Assembly (NCBI GenBank): GCA_018822665.1
Contig: JAHJJX010000030.1
Span: 31,073-95,072 of the forward strand
Source of the DNA: a bacterium
GTDB lineage: Bacteria > Campylobacterota > Campylobacteria > Campylobacterales > Sulfurimonadaceae
DNA: 64,000 bases
Direction: 5' to 3'
The position numbers and the translations under genes were made by a program. Shown here piece by piece: positions 9,654 to 18,579 of this stretch; the stretch's first letter is position 1; every line of letters begins with the position of its first letter. The notes beneath the pieces are model-generated. The model was not told the DNA's origin and did not search any database. It worked only from the letters and a program-made list of their open reading frames with translations.

Positions 9654-10228
9654 TAGTCAGTTGGGAATTCTTTTTCTAAACCTTCTAAAGCGTTTTTAGA
9701 TTGAAATTGTTGCCATAATGCCTGATCATTTTTAAAACTAGATTTAACGGCATTTTTAACTTCACCATTTACTGTAGATTCAGGAACGGTTACTAACAGG
9801 TAAAGACTGCCTGATGGTGAAGTCCAAGAATCCGTCATTTTTGAACCTTGCAAATCTACTTTTGCTACTTGTTTTGATACGGCTGTTGTTACTTTATCAA
9901 CCGTTTCTTGATCACCGGCACCTGTTGCACGCGTAAAAGTTTCAACTTTGTCTTTTACCTGAGATTTGATTTGTTGTGCTAAATTAGAGCGACCGTTAGC
10001 CAAAGCTTCTCTTTGCATAAAGCCCATGCCCGCTGCACTTTTTGGAGCAACACCAACACCGGCGTAGGCACCTTCAACCATAGGAATACAAGTCCACTTA
10101 GGAGCTAATACGTTTTCTTGCTTGCAACGAAAATCCGGTTCTGCTTCTGGAGCAGGAGCCGCACCACAGCCACTCATTGTCGCAGCTACTAGGCCTGCTA
10201 ATGCTATTGAAGAAAGTATTTTGATCAT
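9653..10228 (-). CDS. LPP20-family lipoprotein
   Basis: Lipobox ATMSGC. The stretch YAGVGVA...REALANGRSNLAQQIKSQV resembles the LPP20 domain of Helicobacter/Campylobacter. Confidence 0.6.
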   Translation of the reverse strand: MIKILSSIALAGLVAATMSGCGAAPAPEAEPDFRCKQENVLAPKWTCIPMVEGAYAGVGVAPKSAAGMGFMQREALANGRSNLAQQIKSQVKDKVETFTRATGAGDQETVDKVTTAVSKQVAKVDLQGSKMTDSWTSPSGSLYLLVTVPESTVNGEVKNAVKSSFKNDQALWQQFQSKNALEGLEKEFPTD

Positions 10229-10402
10229 ATTTGATCTCCTTTTTATATTATTGTCGGTAAATTATACTAGCGTAATCTTAAATAATATTTATTAACTAAC
10301 ATTTATCTCTATTCTCTCCAAATTAAATCAAATATGCTAATTTTTTATTCTATTAAAGGGAAAAATTTCTAATTTTAAAAGTTTTAAATAATGCTTGCGA
10401 GG

Positions 10403-10408
10403 TATAAT
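10403..10408 (+). promoter_or_regulatory. -10 box TATAAT placed 7 nt before the ATG (leaderless-type)
   Basis: GGTATAATTACGCTTATGAAA. The same 21-nt layout recurs at 12050-12070. Confidence 0.45.
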
Positions 10409-10415
10409 TACGCTT

Positions 10416-10859
10416 ATGAAATATTATGCTTATGAAAATTTTAAAAATGATGCAAACGCGTTGATACAAGAAATAAAAGAGTTTAATCCACAGGCGATTA
10501 TAGGTATAGCAAGAGGTGGCTTAACGCTTTCGCATGCGCTGGCTGAGGGTTTAAATATACGAGACGTTCAAACCATACGAACCGAACTTTATGATGCAGC
10601 AAACAAGAGGGAAGAACTTACAATCTGCGGGAGATGTTCTTTTGGTGATGTGCAAAGAGTTTTAGTTGTGGATGATATAGCAGACAGCGGCGATACGCTC
10701 AAAGCCGTTATGAATTATTTGGCATGTGGAGCGAGTGAGATTGAGTTTAAATCGGCAACACTTTTTTATAAAAAAACGTCTGTGTACGAGCCCCATTTTT
10801 GGATAAATGAAGCAGATGACTGGATAGATTTTTTTTGGGAAAGAGATTTTAAAAATTAA
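10416..10859 (+). CDS. Purine phosphoribosyltransferase (xanthine-guanine/hypoxanthine type)
   Basis: VLVVDDIADSGDTL PRPP-binding loop. The ATG at 10416 is preferred over the TTG at 10395, which would place the TATAAT box inside the coding sequence. Confidence 0.7.
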   Translation: MKYYAYENFKNDANALIQEIKEFNPQAIIGIARGGLTLSHALAEGLNIRDVQTIRTELYDAANKREELTICGRCSFGDVQRVLVVDDIADSGDTLKAVMNYLACGASEIEFKSATLFYKKTSVYEPHFWINEADDWIDFFWERDFKN

Positions 10860-11233
10860 TCTTTGTGCCCTTTGTGCTTGTTTTTGAAATCTGTTTCATA
10901 AATGTATTCAGAAATCTCTTTGAGCGTCTCCAAGTCAAAACCGAGTTCAGGCATAATCCCATGCTTTTCAACGGATTCAAGCATAATGGAAGTTTCTTCT
11001 TTTGGATGCTGTACCCAGATGGACATATAGTTTACAAAGTCCTCTTTTTTGGGGAAAGCTCTTAAATAATGCTCTTTGAAATCAACAACCGACGGGGCAG
11101 ATACAGTTTTGGTTTCAAAGTGGCAGGTGATGCAGTTCCCGTGAAAAAGGAGAGAGCCGTCTTCATTGGCTGTCAAATCTAAGAATGAAAGAAACAATAC
11201 AAAGAGAGTTTGTATAATACTCTTAGCTGACAT
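10856..11233 (-). CDS. Monoheme c-type cytochrome
   Basis: Signal peptide plus a single CITCH heme motif. 125 aa. Confidence 0.6.
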   Translation of the reverse strand: MSAKSIIQTLFVLFLSFLDLTANEDGSLLFHGNCITCHFETKTVSAPSVVDFKEHYLRAFPKKEDFVNYMSIWVQHPKEETSIMLESVEKHGIMPELGFDLETLKEISEYIYETDFKNKHKGHKD

Positions 11234-11235
11234 TT

Positions 11236-11991
11236 TTACTTTTTAGCATTTTTAATCATCTCGTAGGCCTGATTTATCTCTTGAGTTTTTTCTGTGGCTT
11301 CTTTCATATACTCTTCATCTTTGCCTTGTGATTTGATAATGTCTGGATGATATTCTCTGATGAGTTTTCTGTACGCTTTTTTTATTGCGTCCATATCATC
11401 ACTTTCATTTACCCCTAAAAGTTTGTAAGCATCTTGTATATTGGCTTTTGGATGAATATTTTTAATAATTTTTTCAAACTGATCAAAGATGGCGTGGTAG
11501 AGATTTGGATCGATTTCAAAAGATTCTGCAATCGTGCTTAAAACATCTTCTTCACTTTTGCTCACTTCCCCGTCCACAAAGGCAAGCTGGATTAAAAATC
11601 CTATAAACTGATGCTGTTTTGCTTTGTCTCTTTTTATCGCTTTGCCTAGAGTTGCCGCAATTTGTTCCAGATTGTCATATCTTTCTTTTTGCTCATTAAA
11701 GATTTGTTTTAAGATATCTTTTGTCTTTTGGGGCTCAGGAAAAACTGCTGAAATATCATCAAACATAATTCCTACAAGTTCAGCTTCAAGCGCATCGACT
11801 TTGCCGTCGGCCTTTGCAACTTTTGCCACAAGTGCGACAAACAGACCCAAGTCGCTGTGCTCAAGCGTTTCTTTTGTAATTTTCATATTTTTAAAAGCCG
11901 CTTGCGAATACTCACTCGCATACGTTTTGTAGCTTTTAAATATATAATAAAAAACAGCTCCTAAAATTGCAAAAAGTATAATGTTTCCCAT
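11236..11991 (-). CDS. DjlA-like membrane co-chaperone (TM + TerB-like + C-terminal J domain)
   Basis: N-terminal TM helix. The C-terminal DAYKLLGV...AYRKLIREYHPD is a J domain with the HPD motif. Confidence 0.7.
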   Translation of the reverse strand: MGNIILFAILGAVFYYIFKSYKTYASEYSQAAFKNMKITKETLEHSDLGLFVALVAKVAKADGKVDALEAELVGIMFDDISAVFPEPQKTKDILKQIFNEQKERYDNLEQIAATLGKAIKRDKAKQHQFIGFLIQLAFVDGEVSKSEEDVLSTIAESFEIDPNLYHAIFDQFEKIIKNIHPKANIQDAYKLLGVNESDDMDAIKKAYRKLIREYHPDIIKSQGKDEEYMKEATEKTQEINQAYEMIKNAKK

Positions 11992-12051
11992 ATTTGTCCT
12001 TCGTAGAATCTTAATAAATTTTTGGAATTATACAACATAATTATGAATGGG

Positions 12052-12057
12052 TATAAT
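12052..12057 (+). promoter_or_regulatory. -10 box TATAAT placed 7 nt before the ATG (leaderless-type)
   Basis: GGTATAATTGCCCTTATGAAA, identical at 19 of 21 positions to the element at 10401-10421. Confidence 0.45.
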
Positions 12058-12064
12058 TGCCCTT

Positions 12065-12952
12065 ATGAAACGAATAAATGATTTAAACCTTGGCGTAAAG
12101 TATATGTTGCTCTCCTCATTTTTGTTTGCCATAATGGGAGCCTTTGCAAAGCTTTCAAGTGCCTACATGAGCTCTTTAGAAGTGGTGTTTTTTAGAAATA
12201 TTTTCGGTGTTGTGCTGATTGGTTTTGCTATTTACAAATCTCCAATGAAAAATATTGGGGGAAAGCCTCTTTTGCTTTTTTTTAGAGGGTTTATGGGTTT
12301 TAGCGCACTTTTGGCTTATTTTTATAATATTGCACATATTCCTCTTGGAGATGCCGCGACTTTTTCAAAAACCGCACCCATATTTACCGCTGTGTTTGCA
12401 TGGCTGTTTTTAAATGAAAAATTAACATTCAAAGCTTGGTTCGCTGTTATCATCGGTTTCATCGGGATACTTTTTATAACCCAGCCCGGCGGCATAGGTT
12501 TTTCCAAATACGATATTTTAGGTATTTTTAGCGGAGTCGGCGCGGCTCTTGCATACACCTCTGTGAGAGAACTGAGAAACTATTACGATACCAGAGCAAT
12601 CGTTATGTCATTTATGCTGATTGGGACGATAGGACCTTTGATACTCTTGATTATTTCACCTTATCTCCACATGCCGGAACTTGATTTTATGCTTGGAGAA
12701 TTTATTATGCCGCAGGGAATTGTATGGTTTTATATAGCCGGAATGGGTGTTCTTGCAACACTTTCTCAGTATTACATGACAAAGGCGTATGGGGAAACCA
12801 AAGCGGGAATTGTCGGGGCGGTGAGTTATACAAATATCATTTTTGCAATTATTGTCGGAACGCTGATGGGCGACTCTTTGCCTGACTTCATGATGGCATG
12901 TGGAATAGTGCTTATCATTTTTGCAGGAATAATGGTAGCCAGAGCAAAATAA
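12065..12952 (+). CDS. EamA/DMT-family transporter
   Basis: About 10 TM segments in a two-EamA-repeat pattern. The ATG at 12065 is preferred over 12047. Confidence 0.7.
   Translation: MKRINDLNLGVKYMLLSSFLFAIMGAFAKLSSAYMSSLEVVFFRNIFGVVLIGFAIYKSPMKNIGGKPLLLFFRGFMGFSALLAYFYNIAHIPLGDAATFSKTAPIFTAVFAWLFLNEKLTFKAWFAVIIGFIGILFITQPGGIGFSKYDILGIFSGVGAALAYTSVRELRNYYDTRAIVMSFMLIGTIGPLILLIISPYLHMPELDFMLGEFIMPQGIVWFYIAGMGVLATLSQYYMTKAYGETKAGIVGAVSYTNIIFAIIVGTLMGDSLPDFMMACGIVLIIFAGIMVARAK
12894..12905 (-). repeat. Copy of TTCCACATGCCA (TGGCATGTGGAA on + strand)
   Basis: Exact 12-mer inside the EamA CDS, read as M-A-C-G-I. Confidence 0.9.
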
Positions 12953-13008
12953 CTTTAGTTTAAAACCATTATGATATAATCATTTCCTATTTTTTAAAAG
13001 GTAAAATT

Positions 13009-13800
13009 ATGACATTATTGGCAGGACCTTGTGTTATTGAGAGTGAAGAAAACATTTTTAAAATTGCAAAGTCTTTAGAGGTTTATCACAAAGATAGCTC
13101 TATAGATTTTTATTTCAAGTCGAGTTTTGACAAAGCAAACAGAACATCATTGGATAGTTTTCGCGGGCTTGGTCTTGAAGAGGGACTTCGAATTTTAGAA
13201 AAAGTAAAAAATGATTTTGGCTATAAAGTGGTAACGGATGTGCATGAATCACATCAGGTGCCAAGTGTAGCCGAGGTTGTAGATATGCTTCAAATTCCGG
13301 CTTTTTTATGTCGTCAGACGGACTTGCTCGTGGCATGTGCAAAAACTACCAAAGAGGTAAATATCAAAAAAGGGCAGTTTATTAACCCTCCCGATATGAA
13401 ATACTCGGTAGCAAAAGTTCTTAAAACGCGCGGCTGTGATGAAGTGAGTTATGAAAACTCCAAAAAACACGGAGTCTATCTGTGTGAGAGAGGCTCCTCT
13501 TTTGGCTATGGCAATATTGTTGTTGATATGCGCTCTTTGGTCATTATGAGAGAATTTGCTCCGACTATTTTTGATGCAACGCACTCTGTTCAGATGCCCG
13601 GAGCACTTGGCGGCAAAACAGGCGGAGACAGCTCGATGGTTCCCTATTTAGCAAGTGCAGCAGCAGCAGTCGGAGTGGACGGTTTCTTTTTTGAGACACA
13701 CTTTGACCCGAGCATAGCTCTGAGTGACGGCCCAAATATGATAAAACTTGAAGAGCTTAGTGCTCTTGTAAACAAAATTAAAAAAATTCAAGCAATATAA
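13009..13800 (+). CDS. kdsA: 3-deoxy-8-phosphooctulonate synthase
   Basis: [19 protein letters not shown] and [11 protein letters not shown] are KDO8P synthase motifs. Confidence 0.9.
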   Translation: MTLLAGPCVIESEENIFKIAKSLEVYHKDSSIDFYFKSSFDKANRTSLDSFRGLGLEEGLRILEKVKNDFGYKVVTDVHESHQVPSVAEVVDMLQIPAFLCRQTDLLVACAKTTKEVNIKKGQFINPPDMKYSVAKVLKTRGCDEVSYENSKKHGVYLCERGSSFGYGNIVVDMRSLVIMREFAPTIFDATHSVQMPGALGGKTGGDSSMVPYLASAAAAVGVDGFFFETHFDPSIALSDGPNMIKLEELSALVNKIKKIQAI

Positions 13801-13809
13801 GGAAGTAGT

Positions 13810-14280
13810 ATGAAGTTAATCGAAGGCAAATTAAAAGTAATTAATGGCAAAAAAATTGCTATCGTAAGTACAAGATGGAACCATTTTATAGTAGATAGAC
13901 TTGTTGAGGGTGCAAAAGATGCATTTTCTCGTCACGGCGGAAATGATGAAGATATCACTCATGTTTTAGCACCGGGTGCGTTTGAGCTTCCGATGGTAAT
14001 CGAGCAGCTTTTGGTAAGCGGAAAATATGACGCAGTTTGTGCGCTTGGCGCAGTTATCCGCGGTTCTACTCCACACTTTGATTATGTATCTGCTGAAGCT
14101 ACAAAAGGGATTGCAACGGTAAGTTTAAAACACAGAAAACCGGTTTCATTCGGACTTTTAACAACCGATACTATCGAGCAGGCAATCGAAAGAGCCGGAA
14201 CAAAAGCAGGAAATAAAGGTTTTGAAGCGATGACGGTTGTAATAGAGATGCTTGATTTATATGAAGCGATAGGTGAATAA
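13810..14280 (+). CDS. ribH: 6,7-dimethyl-8-ribityllumazine synthase
   Basis: VPGAFELP-type core (LAPGAFELP) and [14 protein letters not shown]. Confidence 0.9.
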   Translation: MKLIEGKLKVINGKKIAIVSTRWNHFIVDRLVEGAKDAFSRHGGNDEDITHVLAPGAFELPMVIEQLLVSGKYDAVCALGAVIRGSTPHFDYVSAEATKGIATVSLKHRKPVSFGLLTTDTIEQAIERAGTKAGNKGFEAMTVVIEMLDLYEAIGE

Positions 14281-14282
14281 GC

Positions 14283-14687
14283 ATGGCTACAAGACATCAT
14301 GCCCGAATGGCGGTAGTGAGTTTGCTTTATGCTTATGACTTGGGAAACGGAAACATTGCAGAGCATACAGATGAAATTTTAGAAGAGAAAAAAATCCGCA
14401 ATAAGCAAAAGGATTTTGCACTTGCCCTTTTTGACGGTGTTATGAAAAATTTGGAGCCTGTGGATAAAGCGATTATAGAACATTTAAAAGAGTGGGATTT
14501 TGAGCGACTAGGAAGCATTGAGAGAGCTACGCTCAGACTCGCGTGTTATGAGATACTTTTTGGCGAACTTGATTCCGCTGTTGTTATCAATGAAGCGGTT
14601 GAGATTACAAAAGCATTCGGAACAGAGCAATCCCCAAAATTCATTAACGGTGTTTTAGACGCAATATCAAGAGACAAACAAATATAA
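14283..14687 (+). CDS. nusB: Transcription antitermination factor NusB
   Basis: RHHARMAVVSLLYAYD...INEAVEITKAFG...KFINGVLD. The ribH-nusB order is conserved. Confidence 0.9.
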   Translation: MATRHHARMAVVSLLYAYDLGNGNIAEHTDEILEEKKIRNKQKDFALALFDGVMKNLEPVDKAIIEHLKEWDFERLGSIERATLRLACYEILFGELDSAVVINEAVEITKAFGTEQSPKFINGVLDAISRDKQI

Positions 14688-14690
14688 AGT

Positions 14691-17102
14691 ATGAAAAAAA
14701 TTGCTTTATTAGTTTTGTTTTTTACTACTATCCTTTTTGGTGCAAATGAGTGTATCTCTTGCCATAAAGGGATAGAAGATATCAGAGATAAAAACTCTGA
14801 TATGATGAAGGCAATACTAAGAGTGGCAGACAAAGCCGGGCACATCGGTAACGATTGTATCGTTTGTCATGGCGGAACTCCTGAGAGTAAAAACAAAGAC
14901 AAAGCGCATTCGGGAACAGTCAAATATTTTAAAACAAACAAAGGTCCAAAAGAATTTTACCCGGCACCCGGCAGCACTTGGATTAACCAAAATACATGCG
15001 GCACGTGCCATGAAAATCAAATCTCCTCTCAGATGAATTCTTTAATGATGACCGAACAGGGTAAGATTCAAGGCGCACTTTGGAGTTTTGGAGCAATAAA
15101 CGGTTATCAGCATGACGTGGGTACCTACGTTACACAAAATCCGGAAGATGCACATAAAAGACTTGGAACGGAGGCATATAGAAATTATATGCAAAAACTC
15201 TCTTCTATGGAACCTCAGGCTTTTCCTTCTCAAATGAGAGAGCTTCCCGCTGCTCCGAGTGCAGACGAAGTACAAAAAGACCCATCCCTTGCAGTATATA
15301 CCTATCTTCGCCAAGAATGCCTTCGATGTCATACAGGTTCTAAAGGGAGACAGGTTCGCGGCGATTACAGGGGAATAGGCTGTGCTTCTTGTCATATCCC
15401 TTACTCCAATGAAGGCTATTATGAGGGTAAAGATAAAAGCATAAATAAAAAAAATCCCGGACATCTCTTAGTACACTCCATCCAGTCCTCCCGTGATGTA
15501 AAAGTAAAAGTACATAAAGTCGAATACTCCGGAGTTCCGGTTGAAACATGTTCCACATGCCATAACCGCGGAAAAAGAATAGGTGTTTCGTACCAAGGTT
15601 TGATGGAGAGTGCGTACAGTTCAACTTTTGATGAAAGCGGAAATGAACAGCCAAAACTTCATACAAAAAGATATATGCATATGCAAGAAGATATTCACTT
15701 CCAAAAAGGGATGCTGTGTCAGGATTGTCACACATCCAACGATTTGCATGGGGATGGATTTTTAGGCGGGGCGAATGCCGCTGCCGTTGAGGTGGAATGT
15801 CAGGATTGCCATGGAACTACAAAAGCGTATCCTTGGGAATTGCCGCTTGGATATTCGGATGAGTTTAGCACACAGCACGCAAGGGGTGAAGGCAGAGGTA
15901 CCACTCAAACAATGGCTGAGTATTTGAAGCAGGGAAGTTTTAATGAGCCTCGGGATGGTTACCTTTTGACGGCTCGCGGAAATCCTCTTGTACATGCGGT
16001 AAAAGAGGGCGATAAAATTATAGTGCATTTGGCAAGCGGAAAAGACATAGAACTCACACCGCTTAAAAAATTAAAAGAGCAGGAAAAACTTTCCAAAAAA
16101 GCTTTGCTTGCAATGGATACAATTTCCGCGCATACCGATAATATGGAATGTTATACATGTCACGCAACTTGGGCTCCCCAGTGTTATGGCTGTCATGTGA
16201 AAATTGATTATTCGCAGGGAAAACAAAATCCGGATTATTTAGCAGCCTCGCATGATCAGGATATTCATGGAAAAACAGGCGGGATGAAAGATTTGAAAAA
16301 ATATCTTGTAGATGGGAAAGTTACCGAGACGAGAAGTTTTTTAAGATGGGAAGACCCGCCGCTTTCACAAAACGGAGAAGGAAGAATCTCTCCGACCGTG
16401 CCGGGATGCCAAACAACCATAACTGTTATAGGAAAAGACGGAAAAGCTTTGCTTCAGAATCATATTTATAAGATTCCAAATGTTGAAGGGGCAGGGGATG
16501 AAGGTCAAAATGCTATTGATATGGCACCGATTCAACCGCATACGATTTCAAAAGAATCAAGAAGTTGCGAGAGTTGTCACACCTCCCCCAAAGCTATGGG
16601 AATGGGAATCGGAGGAACAAAAAGCAGTGTGAAAGACCCATCTCTTACGACGATTACAGATATTATGAGTGCAGAGGGGAAAATATTGCCGACGATTGTC
16701 GATGAGCAGATTCCCGCAATCCTCAATCTTAAATATGATTATTCCAGATTTTTAGACGAAAACGGCACACAGCTTCAAACACTCGGGCATCACTGGACAC
16801 TTTCTGCTCCGCTGAGCAAAGAGCAAAGAGACAAGTTAGACCGTGAGGGCATGTGTATCTCTTGTCATCAAGATATACCAAAAGGAAATTTGGCGGTATC
16901 TGCAATGACACACATAGCAAAAATGGCAGAAATTACGATAGATAAAAAAATGCACGCAGAAATTTTGAATAAAACATTAAATATTGCGGCTTGGGTTCAA
17001 GTTTTAGGTGGAATTTTTGTTGGAATGCTTATGATGCTGGGAATATATCATGTATTTTTTAGAAAAAAAGAAATAAATCCGAAAAATGAAGGGTGGAAAT
17101 AG
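14691..17102 (+). CDS. Membrane-anchored multiheme c-type cytochrome (12 CxxCH)
   Basis: Signal peptide, then 12 CxxCH motifs: CISCH, CIVCH, CGTCH, CLRCH, CASCH, CSTCH, CQDCH x2, CYTCH, CYGCH, CESCH, CISCH. A C-terminal TM helix reads WVQVLGGIFVGMLMMLGIYHVFF. Confidence 0.8.
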   Translation: MKKIALLVLFFTTILFGANECISCHKGIEDIRDKNSDMMKAILRVADKAGHIGNDCIVCHGGTPESKNKDKAHSGTVKYFKTNKGPKEFYPAPGSTWINQNTCGTCHENQISSQMNSLMMTEQGKIQGALWSFGAINGYQHDVGTYVTQNPEDAHKRLGTEAYRNYMQKLSSMEPQAFPSQMRELPAAPSADEVQKDPSLAVYTYLRQECLRCHTGSKGRQVRGDYRGIGCASCHIPYSNEGYYEGKDKSINKKNPGHLLVHSIQSSRDVKVKVHKVEYSGVPVETCSTCHNRGKRIGVSYQGLMESAYSSTFDESGNEQPKLHTKRYMHMQEDIHFQKGMLCQDCHTSNDLHGDGFLGGANAAAVEVECQDCHGTTKAYPWELPLGYSDEFSTQHARGEGRGTTQTMAEYLKQGSFNEPRDGYLLTARGNPLVHAVKEGDKIIVHLASGKDIELTPLKKLKEQEKLSKKALLAMDTISAHTDNMECYTCHATWAPQCYGCHVKIDYSQGKQNPDYLAASHDQDIHGKTGGMKDLKKYLVDGKVTETRSFLRWEDPPLSQNGEGRISPTVPGCQTTITVIGKDGKALLQNHIYKIPNVEGAGDEGQNAIDMAPIQPHTISKESRSCESCHTSPKAMGMGIGGTKSSVKDPSLTTITDIMSAEGKILPTIVDEQIPAILNLKYDYSRFLDENGTQLQTLGHHWTLSAPLSKEQRDKLDREGMCISCHQDIPKGNLAVSAMTHIAKMAEITIDKKMHAEILNKTLNIAAWVQVLGGIFVGMLMMLGIYHVFFRKKEINPKNEGWK
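15551..15562 (+). repeat. Copy of TTCCACATGCCA
   Basis: Exact 12-mer inside the cytochrome CDS, read as (C)-S-T-C-H, so it overlaps a heme motif. Confidence 0.9.
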
Positions 17103-17533
17103 TGAAAAAATTATTACTCATTGTGGCATGTGGAATCACTTTGCTTGCAAATGATATTATTATTAAACAGAGCAAGTATAGTGTTTCGCAAACGATTGAA
17201 AATATCAAAGATATAGTTAAAAGCAAAGGAATGGGCGTGTTTGCCATTATCAATCATCAAGGAAATGCAGGAATGGTTGGCATGCAAATACAGGAATCCA
17301 AGCTTATTATTTTTGGAAATCCAGAGCTTGGAACTCCGTTAATGCAAGAAAATATTTTAGCTTCATTGGACTTACCTCTGAAAGTTTTAGTGTACAGAGA
17401 CAGTGAAAATAAAGTGAAACTGGCTTATAGAAATGCAACGTGGCTTCAAGGCATTCATGGCTTTAAAAACAATGAAGCGGTAATGAAAATAGATGAGGGA
17501 TTAGACAAAATAACGGATAAAGCAAGCAAATGA
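17093..17533 (+). CDS. DUF302-family periplasmic protein
   Basis: Signal peptide. The stretch VFAIINHQ...LIIFGNPELGTPLMQ...LDLPLKVLVY is typical of DUF302. The GTG start overlaps the cytochrome stop. Confidence 0.6.
   Translation: MEIVKKLLLIVACGITLLANDIIIKQSKYSVSQTIENIKDIVKSKGMGVFAIINHQGNAGMVGMQIQESKLIIFGNPELGTPLMQENILASLDLPLKVLVYRDSENKVKLAYRNATWLQGIHGFKNNEAVMKIDEGLDKITDKASK
17124..17135 (-). repeat. Copy of TTCCACATGCCA (TGGCATGTGGAA on + strand)
   Basis: Exact 12-mer inside the DUF302 CDS, read as V-A-C-G-I. Confidence 0.9.
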
Positions 17534-18579
17534 AAAGATTAACAAAAGAAGAAGCCTTAGACTTAATTAAAAACGCTGACCTCAAAGAGCTTGGTCGCAT
17601 GGCAAGTGCTCGCAAGAAAGAGCTCCATCCAAAAGGGATTACAACCTTTGTGGTCGATAGAAATATCAACTATACGAATATCTGCTGGGTGGATTGCAAG
17701 TTTTGCGCCTTTTACAGACATGAAAAAGATGCGGATGCGTATGTTCTTACTTTTGATGAGATTGATGCGAAGATAGACGAACTTTTAGAGATTGGCGGAA
17801 CGCAGATACTTTTTCAAGGGGGAGTGCATCCTAAACTGAAAATAGAATGGTATGAGGATTTAGTCGGACATATTCATACAAAATATCCACAAATCACCAT
17901 CCACGGTTTTTCATCCATAGAGATAGATTTTATCGCAAAAGTCTCTCGCATAAGTGTTGAAGAGGTTTTAGAGCGTCTCAAAGAAAAAGGTTTGGCTTCT
18001 ATCCCCGGAGCAGGAGCGGAAATACTAAGTGATAAGGTTCGAGACATTATTGCACCCAAGAAGATTGACTCGGATGTTTGGGTGGATATTCATCGCAAAG
18101 CGCATAAACTTGACATAAAGTCAACCGCAACGATGATGTATGGAACCATTGAGAGGGATGAAGATATCATAGAACATTTGGATATGATTCGTGCACTTCA
18201 AGATGAGACAGGTGGTTTTAGAGCGTTTATTATGTGGAGTTTTCAAGGGCAAAACACTGAACTTTTAAGACTTATTCCTGATATGGAAAAACCATCTTCA
18301 AACCGTTACCTGAGACTTCTGGCAGTTGCGAGACTGTATTTGGATAATGTTCCAAATATCCAAAGTTCCTGGGTTACGCAGGGCCCGTACATCGGTCAGA
18401 TGGCTTTAAGGTTTGGAGCCAATGACTTAGGTTCAACGATGATGGAAGAAAATGTTGTTAGAAGTGCAGGTGCCGGTTTTAGAATGGCAAAAGAAGAGAT
18501 GGTACGACTCATACGCGACATCGGTGAAATTCCGGCGATAAGAAATACCGCTTATGAAACTTTAGAGAAATTTGCATAA
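17530..18579 (+). CDS. Futalosine-pathway radical SAM enzyme (MqnC/MqnE family)
   Basis: NINYTNICWVDCKFCAFYR is a CxxxCxxC radical-SAM cluster in the CofH/MqnC/MqnE context. I cannot distinguish C from E by eye. Confidence 0.7.
   Translation: MKRLTKEEALDLIKNADLKELGRMASARKKELHPKGITTFVVDRNINYTNICWVDCKFCAFYRHEKDADAYVLTFDEIDAKIDELLEIGGTQILFQGGVHPKLKIEWYEDLVGHIHTKYPQITIHGFSSIEIDFIAKVSRISVEEVLERLKEKGLASIPGAGAEILSDKVRDIIAPKKIDSDVWVDIHRKAHKLDIKSTATMMYGTIERDEDIIEHLDMIRALQDETGGFRAFIMWSFQGQNTELLRLIPDMEKPSSNRYLRLLAVARLYLDNVPNIQSSWVTQGPYIGQMALRFGANDLGSTMMEENVVRSAGAGFRMAKEEMVRLIRDIGEIPAIRNTAYETLEKFA

Noticed and set aside
15551-15562. The motif as a by-product of CxxCH heme-motif codons (TGT TCC ACA TGC CAT).
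   Set aside because: Only one of the 14 copies overlaps a heme motif. The others are read in different frames and strands or are intergenic.
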